The position numbers were made by a program, and so were the translations under genes. Below the pieces are notes generated by a model. It made no database searches and was not told the origin of the DNA. It worked only from the letters and a program-made list of their open reading frames with translations. A stretch of 64,000 nt of DNA from an uncultured delta proteobacterium (GTDB taxonomy: Bacteria; Desulfobacterota; Binatia; Binatales; Binataceae): the NCBI GenBank assembly GCA_963773975.1, contig CAVZDJ010000011.1, positions 13,223 through 77,222 of the forward strand, written 5' to 3'. Positions 62,674 to 64,000 of this stretch are shown one piece after another; within the stretch, counting starts at the first letter, position 1; each line of letters starts with the position of its first letter.

Positions 62674-64000
62674 TGGGCGCGCGCTCGGGCAATAATTATT
62701 TGAGCGCGATGCGCAAGCTCAAGAGCGAAATCTGGATCGGCGGCGAGCGGGTTGCCGACCCCACCACTCATCCCGCGCTCAAGCCGGTCACGCGCTCGCT
62801 CGCCTCGCTCTACGACATGCAAATCGAACACCCCGAGTCGATGACCTATCGCGTCGAGGGCGGCGAGCGCGCCGGCCTTTCCTTCATCCAGCCGCAAAGC
62901 GCCGACGACGTGCGCAAGCGCGGCGCGATGATGCGGCGCTGGGCCGAGTTCAGCGGCGGGATGCTCGGACGCACGCCCGACTACCTCAACGCCAGTATCG
63001 CGGCGATGGCGGCCGCGCGCGAGTTCTTCGCCGCCGCCGACAAGCGCTTCGGCGACCATATCGTCGAGTATTACCGCGCCGCGCGCCACAACGACTGGTG
63101 CGCCACCCATACTCTCCTCAACCCGCGCGCCAGCCGCGCCGCCGGATGGGCCGGGCAGACCGACGCCGACCTCGCCCTGCGCCTGGTCGAAGAGACCCGC
63201 GACGGAATTGTCGTCAACGGCGCGCGCATGCTCGCGACACTCGGACCGGCCTCCGAGGAATTGCTGGTCTTCCCCTCCACCGTGCTCAAGGAGGACCCGA
63301 GCCAGAAGCCCTTCGCGCTGGCATTCGCGGTGCAATGCAACGCGCCGGGGCTCAAGTTTCTCTGCCGCGACGCGTTTGACTCCGAGCGATTGCATTTCGA
63401 CCATCCGCTCGCCTCGCGTTTCGAGGAGATGGACTGTGTCGTCATCTTTGAGAACGTGACGGTGCCGTGGGAGCGCGTGTTCGTATGCGGCAACATGGCG
63501 CGCTGCAACGCGCTCTATGCCGAGACCGGCGCCGTCGTCAACATGATGCATCAGGTGGCGGTCAAGAACGCGGTCAAGAGCGAATTCATGCTCGGCCTGG
63601 CCGCGCGAATCGCCCAGGTCAGCGATGCGATGAGCCTGCCGCACGTGCGCGAGCGGCTGGCCGAGATGATCATAACCACCGAGCTGATGCGCTCGTGCCT
63701 GCGCGCGGCCGAGGCCGATGCGGCCCCTGATAAGTGGGGCGAATACATGCCGGCGCGCCCGCCGCTCGACGCCGCGCGCAATCTTTTTCCGAAGCTCTAT
63801 CCGCGGCTGGCCGAGATCCTCCAGCTCAACAGCTCCTCGAGCCTGATGGCGACGCCGTCGGAGCGCGACTTCAAAAGCCCGATCGCGCCCGAGATCGAGC
63901 GCTACTTCGGCCAGGCCGACGCCGGCGCGCGCGAGCGCGTCGCGCTCTACCGGCTCGCCTGGGACGCCGCGGGCAGTTCGTTCGCCGGACGCCAGGTGCT
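62673..64000 (+). CDS. hpaB: 4-hydroxyphenylacetate 3-monooxygenase, oxygenase component (partial; 3' end beyond the window)
   Basis: Absent from the track (no stop in the window). ATG 62673 overlaps the upstream TGA. MGARSGNNYLSAMRKLKSEIWIGGERVADPTTHPALK...GRTPDYLNA...FDHPLASRFEEMDCVVIFENVTVPWERVF...RNLFPKLYPRLAEIL is collinear with HpaB-family proteins. Confidence 0.9.
   Translation, partial: MGARSGNNYLSAMRKLKSEIWIGGERVADPTTHPALKPVTRSLASLYDMQIEHPESMTYRVEGGERAGLSFIQPQSADDVRKRGAMMRRWAEFSGGMLGRTPDYLNASIAAMAAAREFFAAADKRFGDHIVEYYRAARHNDWCATHTLLNPRASRAAGWAGQTDADLALRLVEETRDGIVVNGARMLATLGPASEELLVFPSTVLKEDPSQKPFALAFAVQCNAPGLKFLCRDAFDSERLHFDHPLASRFEEMDCVVIFENVTVPWERVFVCGNMARCNALYAETGAVVNMMHQVAVKNAVKSEFMLGLAARIAQVSDAMSLPHVRERLAEMIITTELMRSCLRAAEADAAPDKWGEYMPARPPLDAARNLFPKLYPRLAEILQLNSSSSLMATPSERDFKSPIAPEIERYFGQADAGARERVALYRLAWDAAGSSFAGRQV

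Noticed and set aside
1-64000. Scan for rRNA, tRNA, CRISPR arrays, transposases, integrases, phage or defence-system genes
   Set aside because: No cloverleaf-like segments were found in the intergenic gaps, no regularly spaced repeat arrays, and no ORF with recognisable transposase, integrase, restriction or Cas motifs. The absence rests on visual inspection only; tRNAscan, Infernal and HMM scans would be decisive.

Overview
High-G+C (about two thirds G+C by eye), gene-dense bacterial chromosomal segment with about 65 protein-coding genes on both strands. I recognised no rRNA, tRNA, CRISPR array, transposase or integrase. Most content is housekeeping and soluble-enzyme metabolism. In order: a partial HDAC-family deacetylase, tatB-tatC, a GH15 glucoamylase, a rhodanese, a paired ArsA/Get3-like ATPase module, three LLM (luciferase-like, F420-type) oxidoreductases, a D-aminoacylase/TPP-enzyme/Rieske-oxygenase/M20-peptidase block and aqpZ. 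These are followed by the conserved rplU-rpmA-(LLM insert)-obg-proB-proA-nadD-rsfS cluster, efp, ygfZ, an amidohydrolase/crotonase/acyl-CoA-ligase block, msrB, an ADP-forming acyl-CoA synthetase, dodecin and a homoprotocatechuate (hpaE-hpaD-dapA-like-hpaB) meta-cleavage cluster that runs off the 3' end. Many long ORFs in the track lie antisense or out of frame to these genes and are high-GC shadow ORFs. Observations most worth a second look: (1) a rhodanese whose catalytic Cys codon is an in-frame TGA followed by hairpins, a candidate selenoprotein that gene callers would truncate; (2) two unannotated desulforedoxin-like mini-ORFs bracketing the acyl-CoA block; (3) two visibly low-G+C islands, each encoding one secreted beta-rich repeat protein (an NHL-like propeller; an Ig-repeat plus DUF3494 ice-binding-like protein); (4) an essential obg gene split by one extra G in a G5 run; (5) a 55-nt near-perfect palindrome inside the first ArsA-like gene; (6) an EF-P with a non-canonical loop tip, coupled to a THUMP methyltransferase; (7) a secreted protein with a Pro-Tyr-Gly repeat tail. 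I did not find a convincing self-contained novel multi-gene system such as a defence island, so the candidates carry moderate scores. Lineage cannot be assigned from this window. The composition and LLM/F420-type enzymes fit an uncultured high-GC soil or sediment bacterium, but that is speculation.
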